A DNA stretch of 64,000 nucleotides from Erwinia sp. (GCF_049696395.1 NZ_JBAVTT010000149.1:2044-66043); one strand, 5' to 3'; shown: positions 1-12,178, counted from the stretch's first letter. Program-made: numbers and translations. Notes: a model not told the origin generated them from the sequence alone.

Positions 1-599
1 GTTTTCAATGCCTGATGCATCAGCACATATTGCGGATGCTGAGGGGCCAGTGAAGTGACAAAGGGGTTAGTCGCGCTATTTTCAACTGACCTCTGCCACT
101 GATTAATCACGGACAGCGTAGGCAATTCCAGCTTGTAGGGCACGTTGCTGTACAGCCAGGTTTCCCCTTTGGCTGGCACCGTAGAGACAAAGTGCAGATA
201 GCCCAGCATGGCATCAGACAAAACAACATCCCGCGCTGAGCCCGTGATCGAAGGATCGGTCAGCAGTTTGACCCACAGGTTGAACTGGGGTTGCACACCA
301 GAGATAGCCACTTCCGCCAGCTGTTGCTGGAACTGTTGCACAGCCTGGCGATCCTGCCACATAGGTCGCATACCCTGCGCGGCATACAGTGAAGCAAGAG
401 TAGTCAGATAAAACGGTTTATAGCCCGTTGGCAGTTCAGCCTGCAGCAGTCGCTGGGCCTGAGAAGGGCTATACGTTGAGGTGACAGGCGCTGAAACCGG
501 TGGGATACCCGCCAGTGCAGGCTGCATCTGTCCGGCGAGCAGCACCAAACCTGCGCCTAACAGCGCTAACCTTGCAGAATTCGTTTTAATCAGCAACAT
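1..599 (-). CDS. ldtD: L,D-transpeptidase LdtD (YcbB), N-terminal part only; the gene runs off the left edge
   Basis: Absent from the ORF track because there is no stop in the window. Reverse-strand ATG at 599 follows GGGAGCAAGGG. My translation is [30 protein letters not shown] (signal peptide) ...[51 protein letters not shown]...LAPQHPQY, colinear with E. coli YcbB as I recall it. It lies downstream of mukB as in E. coli. Confidence 0.85.
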   Translation of the reverse strand, partial: MLLIKTNSARLALLGAGLVLLAGQMQPALAGIPPVSAPVTSTYSPSQAQRLLQAELPTGYKPFYLTTLASLYAAQGMRPMWQDRQAVQQFQQQLAEVAISGVQPQFNLWVKLLTDPSITGSARDVVLSDAMLGYLHFVSTVPAKGETWLYSNVPYKLELPTLSVINQWQRSVENSATNPFVTSLAPQHPQYVLMHQALK

Positions 600-623
600 C
601 CCTTGCTCCCTGGTTAGGTGCCC

Positions 624-646
624 AAACAGGTGCCGCGCACCTGTTT
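624..646. other. Perfect 10-bp inverted repeat AAACAGGTGC-cgc-GCACCTGTTT just upstream of the ldtD RBS
   Basis: Read directly from the sequence. No U-tract follows on either strand. Function unknown. Confidence 0.4.
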
Positions 647-666
647 ATTAGTCATTGTTATCAGTA

Positions 667-711
667 TAGAAAAAGAAAACGGCATTCGCTGTAAATACAG
701 CCAATGCCGTT
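667..711 (-). terminator. Rho-independent terminator of mukB
   Basis: On the minus strand: stem AACGGCATT (711-703), 16-nt loop, AATGCCGTT (686-678), then TTTTCTTTTTC. It sits about 55 nt after the mukB stop. Confidence 0.7.
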
Positions 712-765
712 GGGTAGAATAAACCGCTGTCCGACTTTTTACTATAGAAGTCGGCTGAGATTTTC

Positions 766-3700
766 TTATGAAGAAGCCTGTTGATTTTCCTCAGGAGTTG
801 AGGAATTTGCGGCGGTAGGTTCCGCAGCAAAGCCGCGCAGCCCAACAACGTGAACGTGTTCAATGTTGTTGACCACTTTACGGACCAGTTTATAAGTCGT
901 GCCCTTCTCAGGACTGATATTCTCTGGAGCGGCGATAATCAGCTGCATTTCAAGACGATCGCACAGTTCAAACAGCGTGGCGATCGACTTGGCATCCAGT
1001 CGGGCGGCTTCATCAAGGAACAGTAAACGGCAAGGGGAGATATCTTTCCCGCGCAGGCGGCGAGACTCTTCTTCCCAGCTTTGCACGACCATCACCAAAA
1101 TCGACATCCCGGTACCAATAGCTTCACCCGTTGACAGCGCGCCACTCTCTGCACGCAACCAGCCGTCAGATCCACGATTAACCTCAACCTCCATTTCCAG
1201 ATAGTTGCGGTAATCCAGCAGCTCTTCACCAATGGTTTGCGGCGTACGCTGGCCCATATCAATCTGCGGGTTCAGTCGTTGATAGAGCTTAGCCAGCGCT
1301 TCTGAGAAGGTCAGGCGGTTGCTGTTAAACAGGTCCTGATGCACTTCATGCTGCTCAGACAGGACATCCAGAAGCGTTGAGTGTGCCTCACGCACGTTGA
1401 CGTTCAGTCGCACGCTCTTCACCTGGCCAAAGCTCACGGCCTGCAAGCCCTGGTTCAGCTGGCGAATACGGTTTTGCTCGCGCTGGATGGTCTTACGAAT
1501 GATATTGGACACGCTGCGGGAGCTGATGGCCAGCATCTGTTCACGTGCGGTTAATTCTTCCGTCAGACGGCCAAGCTCAATCTCCATCTGCTCGATAGCT
1601 TCTACCGGGTCGTCAGTGCGGATAATGTCCTGACGGATACGTTCACGCAGATGCTGATAAACAGCGATGAAGAACTGGATCTTACGCTCTGGGCGTTTAG
1701 GATCTTCAGACAGGCGCAGCACATCGCGCAGATGTTCGTTGTCTGCCACGGCCAGGCGCAGCGCACCTAACGCCTTATCCGACATGGAGCGCAGCTCATC
1801 GCCACCCAGATACGCCAGTTCGCGACGGTGCAGTCGGCGCTCAACGCCGTTGTCTTTCACCAGACGTAACACGGCTACCCAGCCAGCCTTGGCATTAACA
1901 ACCTGCTCACGGCCCTGATGGTAATCACGCTCGACACGCTTCAGTTTTTTCTGCAACGCGTCCATTTCGGCTTCGCAGAAGGTGATCTGTTTTTCCAGCT
2001 GATTGCGACGGGCGCGGTTATTGCTCAGTGCAGCATAGAGCTCATCACGACGCAGACGTGCACGCTCTTCCGCGCTGGCATCAGCCGGCACGCCGATATC
2101 CTGCATTTCCTGCTGAAGCTCTTTCAGCATGTCGCGCTTGGCATCGTAAGAACTTTTCAGTGACGCGAGCACCTGAGAATACTGGGTAAACTGGGCCTGG
2201 TGTCCACGCAGCTGCTCGCGGGCACGAGCACGCTCGGATTCGGCCTGCTCAAGACGCTTACGCAGCTTCTCGTTGAGGTCGCTGTTGCCGTCCAGCATAC
2301 CGGCGGAGTCTACATAGCCAAAGTGCGCACGACGCTGCACAACTTCGGTCATGGCAAAGGCCTGCTGGCGAGCATCGCGCTGAACCTGCTGCGCCTGCTG
2401 ATAATCCAGCTTCAGCTGTTCGTATTGCTCCGGGTCGCTCTGCAGAACCGAGATCAGCGGTTCCAGTTTCGCCAGCTGGTTGCCATGCAGCTGCAGGAAA
2501 CGAGCCGCTTCCTGCGCTTCATCCAGACGTTCCAGCAGTTCGTCATAACGATCCTGCAAGGTTTCATCCTGCAGCAGGCTAACGCGTGGCATCAGGCGGT
2601 TAAGCTGGGCGACGCCCTCTTTCGCCTGGTCAAACTGTTGGCGCTGCTGCTGGTTATCCGTCTCATGGGCTGCCAGCCCGCGTTCCAGTTCACCACGACG
2701 AAGGTTCAGCACTCGCAGTTCGGCTTCCGGATCTGACTCAAAGGCAACGGCTAAGTGGCTACCGATAAAACGGCTGAAGGACTGATGAAGTCGCTGCGTT
2801 TTCTGCACATCAAACGACAGCGTGGCATAGCGTTCAGCCAGCGTTTCGCGCTCAGCATGTAACAGATCCAGCTGATTTTCACGGGCAGCACGGCCAAACA
2901 GCGGCACTTTAGGGAAGCGGGAGTAACGCCACTGGCGATCGCCTGACTTCACCACTACCGCTTTTTGCAGCTCTTCAACGTTAAACACGCTGTCATCGAA
3001 TGACTGCGGATCCCCTTCAATCAGATAAAGGTCTTCCGGGCAGTCTTCAAGGCCATCCAGCAGATCCTGTACCAGAGACAGGTCCGGAACCACAATACCG
3101 TGACGGGCCGGTCCATAAAGCGCGGAGAAGTAAGGCGCATCGTCGATGGTCACATCGTCATAAATTTCAGACAGCAGTACGCCGCCAAATCGCTCGGCCA
3201 GATGCGTCATGCGGGCATCTTCAGCGCCACCAGGCTGGCTCAGACGCTCAACCTGCTTTTCAACTTCGCGTTTACGGGCAGAGACTTCATCACGCTCAAC
3301 GGTTGTTTCGCGCTCACGCTCCAGCAGTTGCTGCATGTATTCGGTCACCTGCTGACCGCTCTCCAGCTCCTGACCGGTTTGCTCATTCAGCTGGCTGAGA
3401 ATATCCTGCGCGGCATGCCACTGAGGCGCCTGTTTGGTCAGACGGGCAATTCGTTCACGGATTTGCTCAAGCTCCTGACGCATTTCCATGCGACGTTCGC
3501 CCGCTTCAGACACACTCTCGGACAGCTGTTCAATCCGGGCTTCAAGCTCGTACTGATAGCCTTCCAAATCCTGCGGCTCAAACTGTTGGCCGTGACGCTT
3601 ACAGAACTCGTTCAGTAACCGCTCTGCGTCCTGCTGTTCACGCAGTCGCTGTTCCATCTCAGCCACGCGTGAGCGTAAAGACTGTAACTGCTCGGCGTGA

Positions 3701-5229
3701 TAGCGCTGATTGCTGGCATCTCGCAGTAATTCGCGACCGGTCTGATAAGCTTCAGAACGACTGACCGGCCCGGCAATGCGGCCCACCAGCTCAAAAGCCT
3801 GCTCGAACTGACTGTGAGCGGCCTGCGCCACACTCATTTTCTGCTCAAGCTGCAATAATTTGTCGGTAGCTTCCTGCTCTTTGGCGCGGAAGGTTTCCTG
3901 CCACTCTTCGGCATTGTCCACGCTCAACTCTGCAACCCGGCAGATTTCCTGAGCGCGTTGCAGAGCCTGCAAAGCCTGCTGATACTGAATGGCGCGGGTT
4001 TGCTGCACGTCCAGCGCCTGCTGATAATCGGCCAGCTGACTTTTCAGCTCATCGACTTCAAGTTCGGCGGCTTCGCTGCGGGCTTCATTCTCTTCCTGCA
4101 CTTCACGCGCTTCAGCGACGACTTCATTCTGCTCTTCCAGACGGTAGGTCAGCTCATCGATATCGCCTTCGTAGCGCTCGATTTTTTCCTGCTGACGCAT
4201 CGCCGTCTGCACCAGATTCAGGTGATCGCTGGCGCTCTGGTAGTCGGTTTCAAGATCGCTTTCCGCACCGTTGTGCTCGCCCAATTCGCGGGCCATTTCA
4301 ACGTGGCGATACTGCTCGGTTTTTAACTGTTTACGGCTGGTGAACAACTCATTACGGTTCAGCAGCGCGCCATCAAGGTGGATGCGGCGTTCGTTAGCAT
4401 GACGCATATAGTCCGCAGCAACATAGCTGGTTGCTTCGGAAATCAGATGCTTAAACAGATCGCGGTCGGACTGCGTGACGCGTATGGCTTCCAGCGTCAT
4501 GCGGTTTTCACGCAGCGCGGCTTCCATATCCTGGAAGGCCTTACGCACGCCGCTATTTTCCGGCAGCAGGTAATCACGCAGCGATCGGGTAATGGCGCTG
4601 GAGATGCCGCCGTACAGCGAGGCTTCAATCAGGCGATAATATTTGCTGCGATCGGCCGCTGAACGCAGACGACGCGCCACAATGCCCAGATCAAACATCA
4701 GCGAGTGATAATCGGTGATCGAGTTGAACTGCTTGAACTGCACGCTTTCCATCGCTTCGAACTTCTCTTTCAGTTCGCTAAGCGGCAGTACACGCGCCTG
4801 ACGGGCATTCACCGTTTCCGTCAGAATTTCCGTCGGATTGATCGACATAGGCAAGCCGTGAATACTGAAAGGCTTGATATCGACTTTACGATCGCGACCG
4901 GCAACCTGTTGCAGACGGACACCCACAATGACTCGCTGATGCAGGGAGTTCACCACATCCAGCGCGGCGTAACAGACGCCAGGACGCAGCTTTCCGTGCA
5001 GACCTTTATCACGCGAGCCGGAAGTTGCCCCTGCTTCGGTGGTGTTACGGAAGTGCAACAGCGTCAGATCGGGGATTAAAGCCGTGATAAAGGCCGCCAT
5101 GGTGGTGGACTTACCGGCACCGTTACCGCCTGATAAGGTAGTAACCAGCTCATCCAGGTCAAAGGTTCGGGCAAAGAAGCCGTTCCAGTTAACCAGGGTC
5201 AGCGAGCGAAATTTTCCGCGTTCAATCAT
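766..5229 (-). CDS. mukB: Chromosome partition (condensin) protein MukB
   Basis: 1487-aa ORF with N-terminal Walker [10 protein letters not shown], long coiled-coil Q/E/R/L-rich middle and C-terminal LLFLDEA. Colinear with E. coli MukB. The start abuts the mukE stop. Confidence 0.97.
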   Translation of the reverse strand: MIERGKFRSLTLVNWNGFFARTFDLDELVTTLSGGNGAGKSTTMAAFITALIPDLTLLHFRNTTEAGATSGSRDKGLHGKLRPGVCYAALDVVNSLHQRVIVGVRLQQVAGRDRKVDIKPFSIHGLPMSINPTEILTETVNARQARVLPLSELKEKFEAMESVQFKQFNSITDYHSLMFDLGIVARRLRSAADRSKYYRLIEASLYGGISSAITRSLRDYLLPENSGVRKAFQDMEAALRENRMTLEAIRVTQSDRDLFKHLISEATSYVAADYMRHANERRIHLDGALLNRNELFTSRKQLKTEQYRHVEMARELGEHNGAESDLETDYQSASDHLNLVQTAMRQQEKIERYEGDIDELTYRLEEQNEVVAEAREVQEENEARSEAAELEVDELKSQLADYQQALDVQQTRAIQYQQALQALQRAQEICRVAELSVDNAEEWQETFRAKEQEATDKLLQLEQKMSVAQAAHSQFEQAFELVGRIAGPVSRSEAYQTGRELLRDASNQRYHAEQLQSLRSRVAEMEQRLREQQDAERLLNEFCKRHGQQFEPQDLEGYQYELEARIEQLSESVSEAGERRMEMRQELEQIRERIARLTKQAPQWHAAQDILSQLNEQTGQELESGQQVTEYMQQLLERERETTVERDEVSARKREVEKQVERLSQPGGAEDARMTHLAERFGGVLLSEIYDDVTIDDAPYFSALYGPARHGIVVPDLSLVQDLLDGLEDCPEDLYLIEGDPQSFDDSVFNVEELQKAVVVKSGDRQWRYSRFPKVPLFGRAARENQLDLLHAERETLAERYATLSFDVQKTQRLHQSFSRFIGSHLAVAFESDPEAELRVLNLRRGELERGLAAHETDNQQQRQQFDQAKEGVAQLNRLMPRVSLLQDETLQDRYDELLERLDEAQEAARFLQLHGNQLAKLEPLISVLQSDPEQYEQLKLDYQQAQQVQRDARQQAFAMTEVVQRRAHFGYVDSAGMLDGNSDLNEKLRKRLEQAESERARAREQLRGHQAQFTQYSQVLASLKSSYDAKRDMLKELQQEMQDIGVPADASAEERARLRRDELYAALSNNRARRNQLEKQITFCEAEMDALQKKLKRVERDYHQGREQVVNAKAGWVAVLRLVKDNGVERRLHRRELAYLGGDELRSMSDKALGALRLAVADNEHLRDVLRLSEDPKRPERKIQFFIAVYQHLRERIRQDIIRTDDPVEAIEQMEIELGRLTEELTAREQMLAISSRSVSNIIRKTIQREQNRIRQLNQGLQAVSFGQVKSVRLNVNVREAHSTLLDVLSEQHEVHQDLFNSNRLTFSEALAKLYQRLNPQIDMGQRTPQTIGEELLDYRNYLEMEVEVNRGSDGWLRAESGALSTGEAIGTGMSILVMVVQSWEEESRRLRGKDISPCRLLFLDEAARLDAKSIATLFELCDRLEMQLIIAAPENISPEKGTTYKLVRKVVNNIEHVHVVGLRGFAAEPTAANSSTPEENQQASS

Positions 5230-5952
5230 TTACTCATTCTCCGCGTTGTCCGACGACAGGCTCTGAGCCTCATCATCCTCTTCGCTTTCATCATTCAGCG
5301 CCAGGCCACCTTCAATCGGCATCGCTTCGCCCTCCCGGATCATCCTCAGCTGCGCTTCGCGGGCATCGTCGCCGCTACGCACATCAGCACCAAAGCGGAA
5401 GACCGACTCAATGATGCGGAATTTGCTGCTGTCATTGCCCATAAACCACACCATGCCAAGACGGCGCAGACGGTTGAGGGAAGCACGCATTTTTTCCTGC
5501 AACTTTTGCCGATCAATGTCGGAACCGGTTGAGCGCTGGTTGACGAACTTCATCAGTTTGCTCTCATCAGCCAGCGACAGCAGCTCATCATAGAGCTCCT
5601 GCTGGGTGAAGATACCTTCATTCGCCAGACGCTCAGGGCTGAGGTAGAGATAACAGAGGATTTTGCCAACCATCATATCCAGCTCGGAAAGGACCGAACG
5701 CGGGATCAGCGTGGTGGAGCGGGGACGCAGATAGAAGAAGCCTTCCGGCGCGCGGATCAACTCGACGTTGTAACGCGCATAAAACTCTTCCAGATACTCC
5801 TGATAATCCATCAGGAAAGCATGTTGATCCAGCTCTTCAATGCCAATATGGCGACCGGAACGTAACTGGCTGTCCAGCGCCGGGAAAAGAGAATTGGCCA
5901 GCGCCTGTGCCAGTTTAACCGGCATCACTTGTTCAATATTTGTCGATGACAT
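5230..5952 (-). CDS. mukE: Condensin subunit MukE
   Basis: The ORF track runs 5230..5979. Start moved to the ATG at 5952 ([20 protein letters not shown]...), which matches the E. coli MukE N-terminus. Overlaps the mukF 3' end by 20 nt. Confidence 0.93.
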   Translation of the reverse strand: MSSTNIEQVMPVKLAQALANSLFPALDSQLRSGRHIGIEELDQHAFLMDYQEYLEEFYARYNVELIRAPEGFFYLRPRSTTLIPRSVLSELDMMVGKILCYLYLSPERLANEGIFTQQELYDELLSLADESKLMKFVNQRSTGSDIDRQKLQEKMRASLNRLRRLGMVWFMGNDSSKFRIIESVFRFGADVRSGDDAREAQLRMIREGEAMPIEGGLALNDESEEDDEAQSLSSDNAENE

Positions 5953-7255
5953 GCGCCTGCACCTTGGCTCCGTAATCATTAATGACCTGCCATTCTGCTG
6001 GCAAGCCGGAGAAATCTGCTTCGGCCACGCCTAAGCGGACGGCCTGATCGACGACAATTCGCGCCACGTCGAAGTGTCGTGCCCTTGGATACTGCACCAG
6101 GTAATCACGCATTACTGCGCCCAGATTGAGCGGTTTTTGTTGGGCTTTATAGATGGCCAGCGCTTCTTCAATCATCGCCGCCAGCTGTTCACGAATTTCG
6201 TTGAACTCTTCGTATTCCAGCTCGGACGGCAGTTCACCGGTCACTTCTTCGCTGCGCAGCGCCAGCTCTTCATCACGCATATCGTATAAGCGGTCAGCGT
6301 TGGCGTAGGTTAACGCCCACGGATAATCAAAATAGGTCTGAACTGATTTGCGGAGACGCTGGGCGAAGACGCGGTTTTTATCCATATCGATCGCGGTACG
6401 GATGAATTTGTGCACGTGACGGTCGTAACCGATCCACAGGTCGATCGCCTGCTGGCCCCAGCTGATAATACGGTCCAGCTTGTTCTGCAGGTCGTACACC
6501 AGCTTATCGATAAAGCCCAGGTCCGGGCTGCTCAGCGTGGCATCCTGAATACGTAACAGATTGGCCTGCAGTTTATCACCCGCGGCTTCCAGCGTATCTT
6601 GCAGCTCTCGCAGCGTGCCGGAGGTTTCATTCAGGAGCATTTCACAGCTGGAGATCGCCGCTCGCCAGTCTTTGTTCAACAGCTGGGCGATATCCTCTTT
6701 CACCGCTTGCTGCTGTTCATCCATGGTTCGCTGAGTGATATCGATGCTGTCGAAAATTTCCGCCACGGAGTATTTCAACGGGGCGAAAACATTGCGATGC
6801 CAGTGGAATTCGTCGCCATCTTCGTCGGCCGCATCAGCGGCACGTTTCAGCTCGCCAGCCACAATTGAAAGCTGCATTGAGAGGCGCAGCGTTGAGAACT
6901 CACGCTGGCGGATATAGTAATCGGTAATACCGATGGCCAGCGGCGTCAGGCGATAGATGGCGTTGCCATCGGCCTGTTCACTGACAAAACGATTAAGCAG
7001 ACGCTGACGCACCATATCGTTAATGGCGTTATTGGCTCGCACCCCAACGGTTTCGCTGGTTTGATCAAACCCTTCACTGACGTGGCGGAAGGCATCTGTC
7101 AATTCGCCTTCGCTCATTTCGCCATCCATGCGCTCCCCGTTCAGGGTGGCAATCGCCAGCAAAAACGTCAGACGTTCGGTAGGCAACGTGACGGAAAAGT
7201 CATTTTTTCGCGCCCAGGCGACCAGTTCCGGTACAGTCTGGGAAAATTCACTCAT
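5933..7255 (-). CDS. mukF: Condensin kleisin subunit MukF
   Basis: 440-aa ORF beginning [21 protein letters not shown]..., colinear with E. coli MukF. Confidence 0.96.
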   Translation of the reverse strand: MSEFSQTVPELVAWARKNDFSVTLPTERLTFLLAIATLNGERMDGEMSEGELTDAFRHVSEGFDQTSETVGVRANNAINDMVRQRLLNRFVSEQADGNAIYRLTPLAIGITDYYIRQREFSTLRLSMQLSIVAGELKRAADAADEDGDEFHWHRNVFAPLKYSVAEIFDSIDITQRTMDEQQQAVKEDIAQLLNKDWRAAISSCEMLLNETSGTLRELQDTLEAAGDKLQANLLRIQDATLSSPDLGFIDKLVYDLQNKLDRIISWGQQAIDLWIGYDRHVHKFIRTAIDMDKNRVFAQRLRKSVQTYFDYPWALTYANADRLYDMRDEELALRSEEVTGELPSELEYEEFNEIREQLAAMIEEALAIYKAQQKPLNLGAVMRDYLVQYPRARHFDVARIVVDQAVRLGVAEADFSGLPAEWQVINDYGAKVQAHVIDKY

Positions 7256-8036
7256 GGTTCGTCCTGTTTATGGGTTTCCGCGCGGTGACGTGGATATAAC
7301 GGCCCAAACTTAAAAATGGCTCCTGGCGGCAGAAGCGCTTCTCCAGCGCCAGGACTTCCTCAAATCGTTCAGATTGCTTGTTTTTGTCACGCATATAGTC
7401 ATGAAAAACGCGGATTCCGGTTTTGGTTTCCACGGTAAAGCCTGCAGCTTCCAACCAGCAATAAACCTGCTCAGGTTCTCGGGGGAAGTCAGGCGACAGC
7501 GTTTTTCTTTTGCGTTTCTTCAGGCCAGCCTGCATGTAGCCAAAGTTGCCCAGCACCAGCGTCTGCATCATCAGACCGTTGACGTTATAAAACATCAGCG
7601 ACAGGACGCCGCCGGGGGCCAGAACATCATACAGTGCCTTTAATATGGCTTCAGGCTCGGCTACCCATTCAAGCACAGCGTGAAACAATACCAGATCGAC
7701 AGGCTTATCCAAATGTTGACCGACTTGTTGCGCGCTAATTTGTTTGAATTGCATGTTCCCGCTCACACCTTTTTCTTCGGCATGAGCCTGAGCGCGTTGC
7801 AGCATCTCTTCGGAGACATCACAGAGTAAGACCTGATGGCCTCTGGCTGCCAGACCACAGCCAGTTTGCCCCTCTCCCCCGCCTGCATCCAGCACGTTTA
7901 ACGGCCCTTCTGGCAGGCTAGCCAGGATTTCATCCAGCTCCTGCCAAACGATCGCCTGGCGGATCCGCCCTTTGGTGGTACCGTAGATATTCTTCGAAAA
8001 TTTTTCGGCTATATCATCAAAGTTGCGATCCTGCAT
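7248..8036 (-). CDS. cmoM: tRNA 5-carboxymethoxyuridine methyltransferase CmoM (SmtA)
   Basis: 262 aa, [13 protein letters not shown]..., SAM-binding motif VLDAGGGEG. 8-nt overlap with the mukF start, as in the smtA-mukFEB operon. Confidence 0.93.
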   Translation of the reverse strand: MQDRNFDDIAEKFSKNIYGTTKGRIRQAIVWQELDEILASLPEGPLNVLDAGGGEGQTGCGLAARGHQVLLCDVSEEMLQRAQAHAEEKGVSGNMQFKQISAQQVGQHLDKPVDLVLFHAVLEWVAEPEAILKALYDVLAPGGVLSLMFYNVNGLMMQTLVLGNFGYMQAGLKKRKRKTLSPDFPREPEQVYCWLEAAGFTVETKTGIRVFHDYMRDKNKQSERFEEVLALEKRFCRQEPFLSLGRYIHVTARKPINRTNHE

Positions 8037-8162
8037 TCGGGTTCCCGGCTGGTGAGTGGGTGAAACTGGCGGCTATTTTGACATACACTGACCAGGAATG
8101 AACCTTTCAGTCACTGCCAGGCTCTCGGGTGGTGTTTTTTCGGACAAAAGGAGTCCGTTTGT

Positions 8163-8951
8163 ATGCTTTTTGCGTTAAAAAAACTCGTCGGCGGCCTGTT
8201 GCTGCCCTTGCCTTTGCTGATTGTGGTGATGGCAATTGCACTTTCATTGCTCTGGTTCAGCCGCTGGCAGAAAACCGGCAAAATTATCCTCTCTGCGGCT
8301 TGCCTGCTGTTGGCTTTGCTAAGCCTGCAGCCGGTGGCCGACAGTCTGCTTGCGCCGACAGAAAACAGTTACCCAACCTGGCACAATCAGCAAAAAGTCG
8401 GGTATGTGGTGGTGCTGGGCGGCGGGTACACCTGGAACCCTGACTGGGCTCCCGGTTCCAATATGATCAACAACAGCTTACCGAGATTGGTTGAGGGGAT
8501 CCGCCTGTGGCGTGCGAATCCGGGTGCGAAAATGATTTTCACTGGTGCGGCGGCGCAAAATAATCCGGTCAGCTCTGCAGAAGTGACTTCCAGGGTTGCG
8601 CAGTCGTTAGGCGTGCCATTAAGCGCGATCGTAACGCTCGATAAGCCCAGAGATACACGACAGGAAGCGGCAGAAGTGGCTAAAGTGGTCGGGAACACTC
8701 CCTTCCTGCTGGTGACCTCAGCCTCGCACTTACCTCGTGCGATGATCTTTTTCCAACAGCAGGGACTGACTCCTTTACCCGCGCCAGCCAATCAACTGGC
8801 CATCGCCTCGCCATTAAACTTCTGGGAGCGGGTGATCCCTTCGCCGTTGTGGCTGACTCACAGCGATCGAGCCATTTATGAGTGGCTGGGAAGAAGCTGG
8901 CAGCGGCTGACCTCAGCCGATCGCCCCTCAACTGAGCCAGGGGAGCAGTGA
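8163..8951 (+). CDS. elyC: Envelope biogenesis factor ElyC (YcbC, DUF218)
   Basis: 262 aa, MLFALKKLVGGLLLPLPLL...LLVTSASHLPRAMIFFQQQGL, colinear with E. coli ElyC. Confidence 0.9.
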   Translation: MLFALKKLVGGLLLPLPLLIVVMAIALSLLWFSRWQKTGKIILSAACLLLALLSLQPVADSLLAPTENSYPTWHNQQKVGYVVVLGGGYTWNPDWAPGSNMINNSLPRLVEGIRLWRANPGAKMIFTGAAAQNNPVSSAEVTSRVAQSLGVPLSAIVTLDKPRDTRQEAAEVAKVVGNTPFLLVTSASHLPRAMIFFQQQGLTPLPAPANQLAIASPLNFWERVIPSPLWLTHSDRAIYEWLGRSWQRLTSADRPSTEPGEQ

Positions 8952-9821
8952 ATCTGCCGCGCGCTGAAAGCGGCGTGCATCAAACTGACCGGTATGAATA
9001 AGCCGGTCAGTTTCATCCCATAAAGTGTATAGCCAGCGACGAGCCACAAAACCTTCAGCCACCGGAGCCTGCTTCAAATAATGGAACAGCAGGCTTTCCG
9101 CCAACCCCTCTTCGCAAAGCCTGAACAACTCATATTCTCTCGGTGCCCACAGCAGCATCCCAGGATTGATCATCGACAGCAGTTGGTCGCTCCACACCTC
9201 TTTCAGCATGTTATTAAGCGACAGGTTGCCATGAACCAGCACACAGGGATCGTTAAAATCGGCCAGCAGATTGCCCAGGTTTTCCCTGCTGCGATACAGC
9301 ACTCGCCGATGTTCCATCGACAGCGCCTCACTGCGCATAAATCCGAGCGTAGACCAGATCACCTCAACGCGCTGCGCATACCAGGAAACCCAGTTATTTT
9401 CCTGCGTACTGTCGACACTGCCCACCAGCCCGTGGCTGTCTAATCGGTGCCATGCCAACAGGGCCTCAACGATTTGGTCCTGCAACTGTAACCAGCGAGC
9501 CGGCGTGCGCGTTGGCGCTTCTATCGAGACACCGCCCATGCGTTCAATCAGTAACACATCATGCTGCGGGGGCTGCTGGCTGACGATCAATCCGTAGACC
9601 GTCGGTAGACGGAGGGTGCTGTCCTTCGCCAGCATCGAAAGCTTATAGGCTTCCTGTGCCGCAATGCCTTTCACATTGAAGTACTTTGCCACCATCGGCA
9701 AGGAGTGGCCTTGCTGATCGTAGAGCGAATAGAGACTGGACCAGGGTTGCTCGCTGATGCATTCGAGACGGCTAAGGGTTTCGCCCAATACCAGAGACAG
9801 TTCCGAGCGGAGTTGCTCCAT
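8928..9821 (-). CDS. ycbJ: Putative phosphotransferase/kinase-fold protein YcbJ
   Basis: 297 aa, MEQLRSELSLVLGE...LLPWLS, colinear with E. coli YcbJ. Strong RBS AAGGAGGAGGAA precedes the ATG. Confidence 0.88.
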   Translation of the reverse strand: MEQLRSELSLVLGETLSRLECISEQPWSSLYSLYDQQGHSLPMVAKYFNVKGIAAQEAYKLSMLAKDSTLRLPTVYGLIVSQQPPQHDVLLIERMGGVSIEAPTRTPARWLQLQDQIVEALLAWHRLDSHGLVGSVDSTQENNWVSWYAQRVEVIWSTLGFMRSEALSMEHRRVLYRSRENLGNLLADFNDPCVLVHGNLSLNNMLKEVWSDQLLSMINPGMLLWAPREYELFRLCEEGLAESLLFHYLKQAPVAEGFVARRWLYTLWDETDRLIHTGQFDARRFQRAADSLLPWLS

Positions 9822-9835
9822 TTCCTCCTCCTTTA

Positions 9836-9868
9836 TAAAAAGTGGAGAAGGGGCCAGCTTCAGGCCCC
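9836..9868 (-). terminator. Probable terminator after kdsB
   Basis: Minus strand: GGGGCC-tgaagct-GGCCCC followed by TTCTCCACTTTTTAT. Confidence 0.5.
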
Positions 9869-9875
9869 AACAGGA

Positions 9876-10622
9876 TTACTGCATGGCCGCGCGGACGCGA
9901 GCCAAATCTTCTGGTGTATCCACACCTACGCTTGGGATCGCTTTTGCAACGGCAACGTGAATTTTTTCGCCGTACCAGAGCACGCGCAGCTGCTCAAGCA
10001 GTTCAATTTGCTCCAGCGGGCTTGGCTCCCAGCTAACATAGCGGCGAATGAACCCAGCACGGTAGCCGTAAATACCAATGTGGCGCAGGAAGGTTTCGCC
10101 AATTTTTTCGCGTGAAGTGGCAAAGCGCTCACGATCCCAGGGAATGGTAGCCCGGGAGAAATAGAGCGCGTAGCCTTTTGCATCCATGACAACTTTGACT
10201 GCATTTGGATTAAAGGCTTCTTCTGCTGTTTCAATTGGCACCGCTAACGTGGCCATACCAGCTTCACTTTTGGCCAGATTCTCGGCTACCTGACGGATGA
10301 TAACCGGGGGGATCATCGGCTCATCGCCCTGCACGTTCACAATGATGGTGTCATCAGCAAACTGATAGCGATCGATAACTTCAGCCAGGCGCTCTGTGCC
10401 GGAGTGATGATCGGCGCGGGTCATACAAACCTCACCGCCCGCCGCTTCAACAGCACGAGCCACGTCTTCGTTATCGGTCGCGACAATAACGCGGTCGGCA
10501 CCCGACTCCAGCGCTCGTTCCATCACATGAACGACCATCGGTTTGCCCTGGATATCGACCAGTGGTTTACCTGGCAGGCGCGTGGAAGCAAAGCGCGCCG
10601 GGATAATTGCAACAAAACTCAT
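9876..10622 (-). CDS. kdsB: 3-deoxy-manno-octulosonate cytidylyltransferase (CMP-KDO synthetase)
   Basis: 248 aa, [21 protein letters not shown]..., near-colinear with E. coli KdsB. Confidence 0.96.
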   Translation of the reverse strand: MSFVAIIPARFASTRLPGKPLVDIQGKPMVVHVMERALESGADRVIVATDNEDVARAVEAAGGEVCMTRADHHSGTERLAEVIDRYQFADDTIIVNVQGDEPMIPPVIIRQVAENLAKSEAGMATLAVPIETAEEAFNPNAVKVVMDAKGYALYFSRATIPWDRERFATSREKIGETFLRHIGIYGYRAGFIRRYVSWEPSPLEQIELLEQLRVLWYGEKIHVAVAKAIPSVGVDTPEDLARVRAAMQ

Positions 10623-10801
10623 GGGTGGATCTCTTCCATGGTGAGTGAACGCGCCTCTGTCTCAAGCAGGACTGGAATGCCGTCGCGAACAGGATAAGCA
10701 AGGCCATCAGGTTTGCAGATAAGCTCCTGCTGGTCTTTGATGTAATTAAGTTTGCCGTGACAAACAGGACAAGCAACGATTTCGAGTAAACGGTGATCCA
10801 T
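10619..10801 (-). CDS. ycaR: Trm112-family zinc-ribbon protein YcaR
   Basis: 60 aa, [18 protein letters not shown]...[11 protein letters not shown]. 4-nt overlap with kdsB. Confidence 0.9.
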   Translation of the reverse strand: MDHRLLEIVACPVCHGKLNYIKDQQELICKPDGLAYPVRDGIPVLLETEARSLTMEEIHP

Positions 10802-10886
10802 GGTTTCTCCCTGGTGAACCCGGTCAGACAGGTCCTTAGAATATCATAGCTGGCGAGGCATCGGTTACTCCCCAGCGCTCAGGATG

Positions 10887-12095
10887 TTACAGCACCCACC
10901 CTTTTTGCCAGGCACTGGCCAACGTCTCGGGCAGGTTATCCACAACCACAGTCTCCGCTCCCTGCCAGCGGGCAAAGCGAGAAATAGCCTGTTGCAGGTC
11001 ATTGATCATTCCCTGACTGACTTTACCGCCCTGCTCCAGCCACAGCTGATTAATCTGCAATATTTTCTCCTTACGCCGCATTTTGGCATCCAGCCGCCCT
11101 TTCAGCTCACCCCTGTGCAGGATGGGCAGCACAAAATAGCCATATTGCCGCTTCGCTTCGGGCGTGTAGCATTCCAGCCGATAATCGAAGTTAAACAGCT
11201 CCAGCGCCCGTTTACGGTCCCAGACCACAGGATCAAAAGGAGAGAGCAGCGTGGTGTAGGTTGCCTGGGTTTTCTCTTCCAGCAGGGGCAACAAAGAGGC
11301 ATCCAGATAACACGTTCCCAGCGATTCAACCTCGACCGGGATAACTTCTTCGCGCGCCAGCAAGTCAGCCAGCACCTCCTTCACCGGTGCGCGCTTAAGC
11401 CGATAATAATCTGGCAACCAGGCTGCACGAAAAAGTCCCAAACTCCGGGCACTGTTACGCAACATCTGCCGGACAGCCTCAGCCTCATCTATGCCATGTT
11501 GCTGGTCATTCCAGTCAGGCATCACGCGCTGTCTCAGGTCATAGACGCGCTGAAAGTTACGCCGCTCTGTCACCATCAACTCGCCAGCAGTGAACAGGTT
11601 TTCAAGGTGACGTTTATGCGGTTTCCATGCCCACCAGCCGGGTTTCTGCCCTGGCGGTGCAGCAAAATCTGCCGATCTGACCGGACCATTTTGTTCGATA
11701 TGCGTCAGCAACTCGCCTACCTCTACCTGCCAGTTCTCCATCCACTCACTGTTATATTTCCACCCCATATGCTGAGGATTCAGCATGCGGTGGCGCAACA
11801 ATGGATAGTCTTCGATAGGGATAAAGCAGGCTTCATGCGCCCAGTATTCATACAGGCTGCCGCTGCTTAGCGCCTCACCCAGCCAGCTTTCCGGATACTC
11901 ACCTAGCCGGCTGAATAGCACCAGATAAGGGCTGCGGGCAACCACATGGATGGTGTCAATTTGCAACAAGGACATCTGGCGGATGGCGCTGAGCAGATCC
12001 TGGGCTCTGGCTTTACGTTTTGGCGGGCGCAGCAGGCCCTGAGCGGCAAGGTGTAACTGACGGGCTTTTGAGAGCGAGATCTGGAAAGAGGACAT
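10887..12095 (-). CDS. ycaQ: YcaQ, AlkZ-family winged-helix DNA glycosylase (interstrand-crosslink unhooking)
   Basis: ORF track 10887..12113 starts at a TTG. The ATG at 12095 (MSSFQISLSKARQLHLAAQGL...) matches the E. coli YcaQ N-terminus. Conserved QIDTI...ARSPYLVLFSRLG block is present. Confidence 0.9.
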   Translation of the reverse strand: MSSFQISLSKARQLHLAAQGLLRPPKRKARAQDLLSAIRQMSLLQIDTIHVVARSPYLVLFSRLGEYPESWLGEALSSGSLYEYWAHEACFIPIEDYPLLRHRMLNPQHMGWKYNSEWMENWQVEVGELLTHIEQNGPVRSADFAAPPGQKPGWWAWKPHKRHLENLFTAGELMVTERRNFQRVYDLRQRVMPDWNDQQHGIDEAEAVRQMLRNSARSLGLFRAAWLPDYYRLKRAPVKEVLADLLAREEVIPVEVESLGTCYLDASLLPLLEEKTQATYTTLLSPFDPVVWDRKRALELFNFDYRLECYTPEAKRQYGYFVLPILHRGELKGRLDAKMRRKEKILQINQLWLEQGGKVSQGMINDLQQAISRFARWQGAETVVVDNLPETLASAWQKGWVL

Positions 12096-12178
12096 AAGGC
12101 ACCTTCGTAACAAAGATGCTGTGAGTTTAGTCTTTTTCCTGCGGGTTCAGCACGGAGATTGTGCGCTTATTCAGCTTG

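Noticed and set aside
899-5266. Many 60-180-aa plus-strand ORFs inside mukB
   Set aside because: They are antisense to a 1487-aa conserved gene. Their composition is typical of coiled-coil codon complements.
10884-11870. 328-aa plus-strand ORF
   Set aside because: It lies entirely antisense to the well-supported ycaQ gene. It has no RBS and its composition is low-complexity (Q/L/P/R-rich), typical of a shadow frame.
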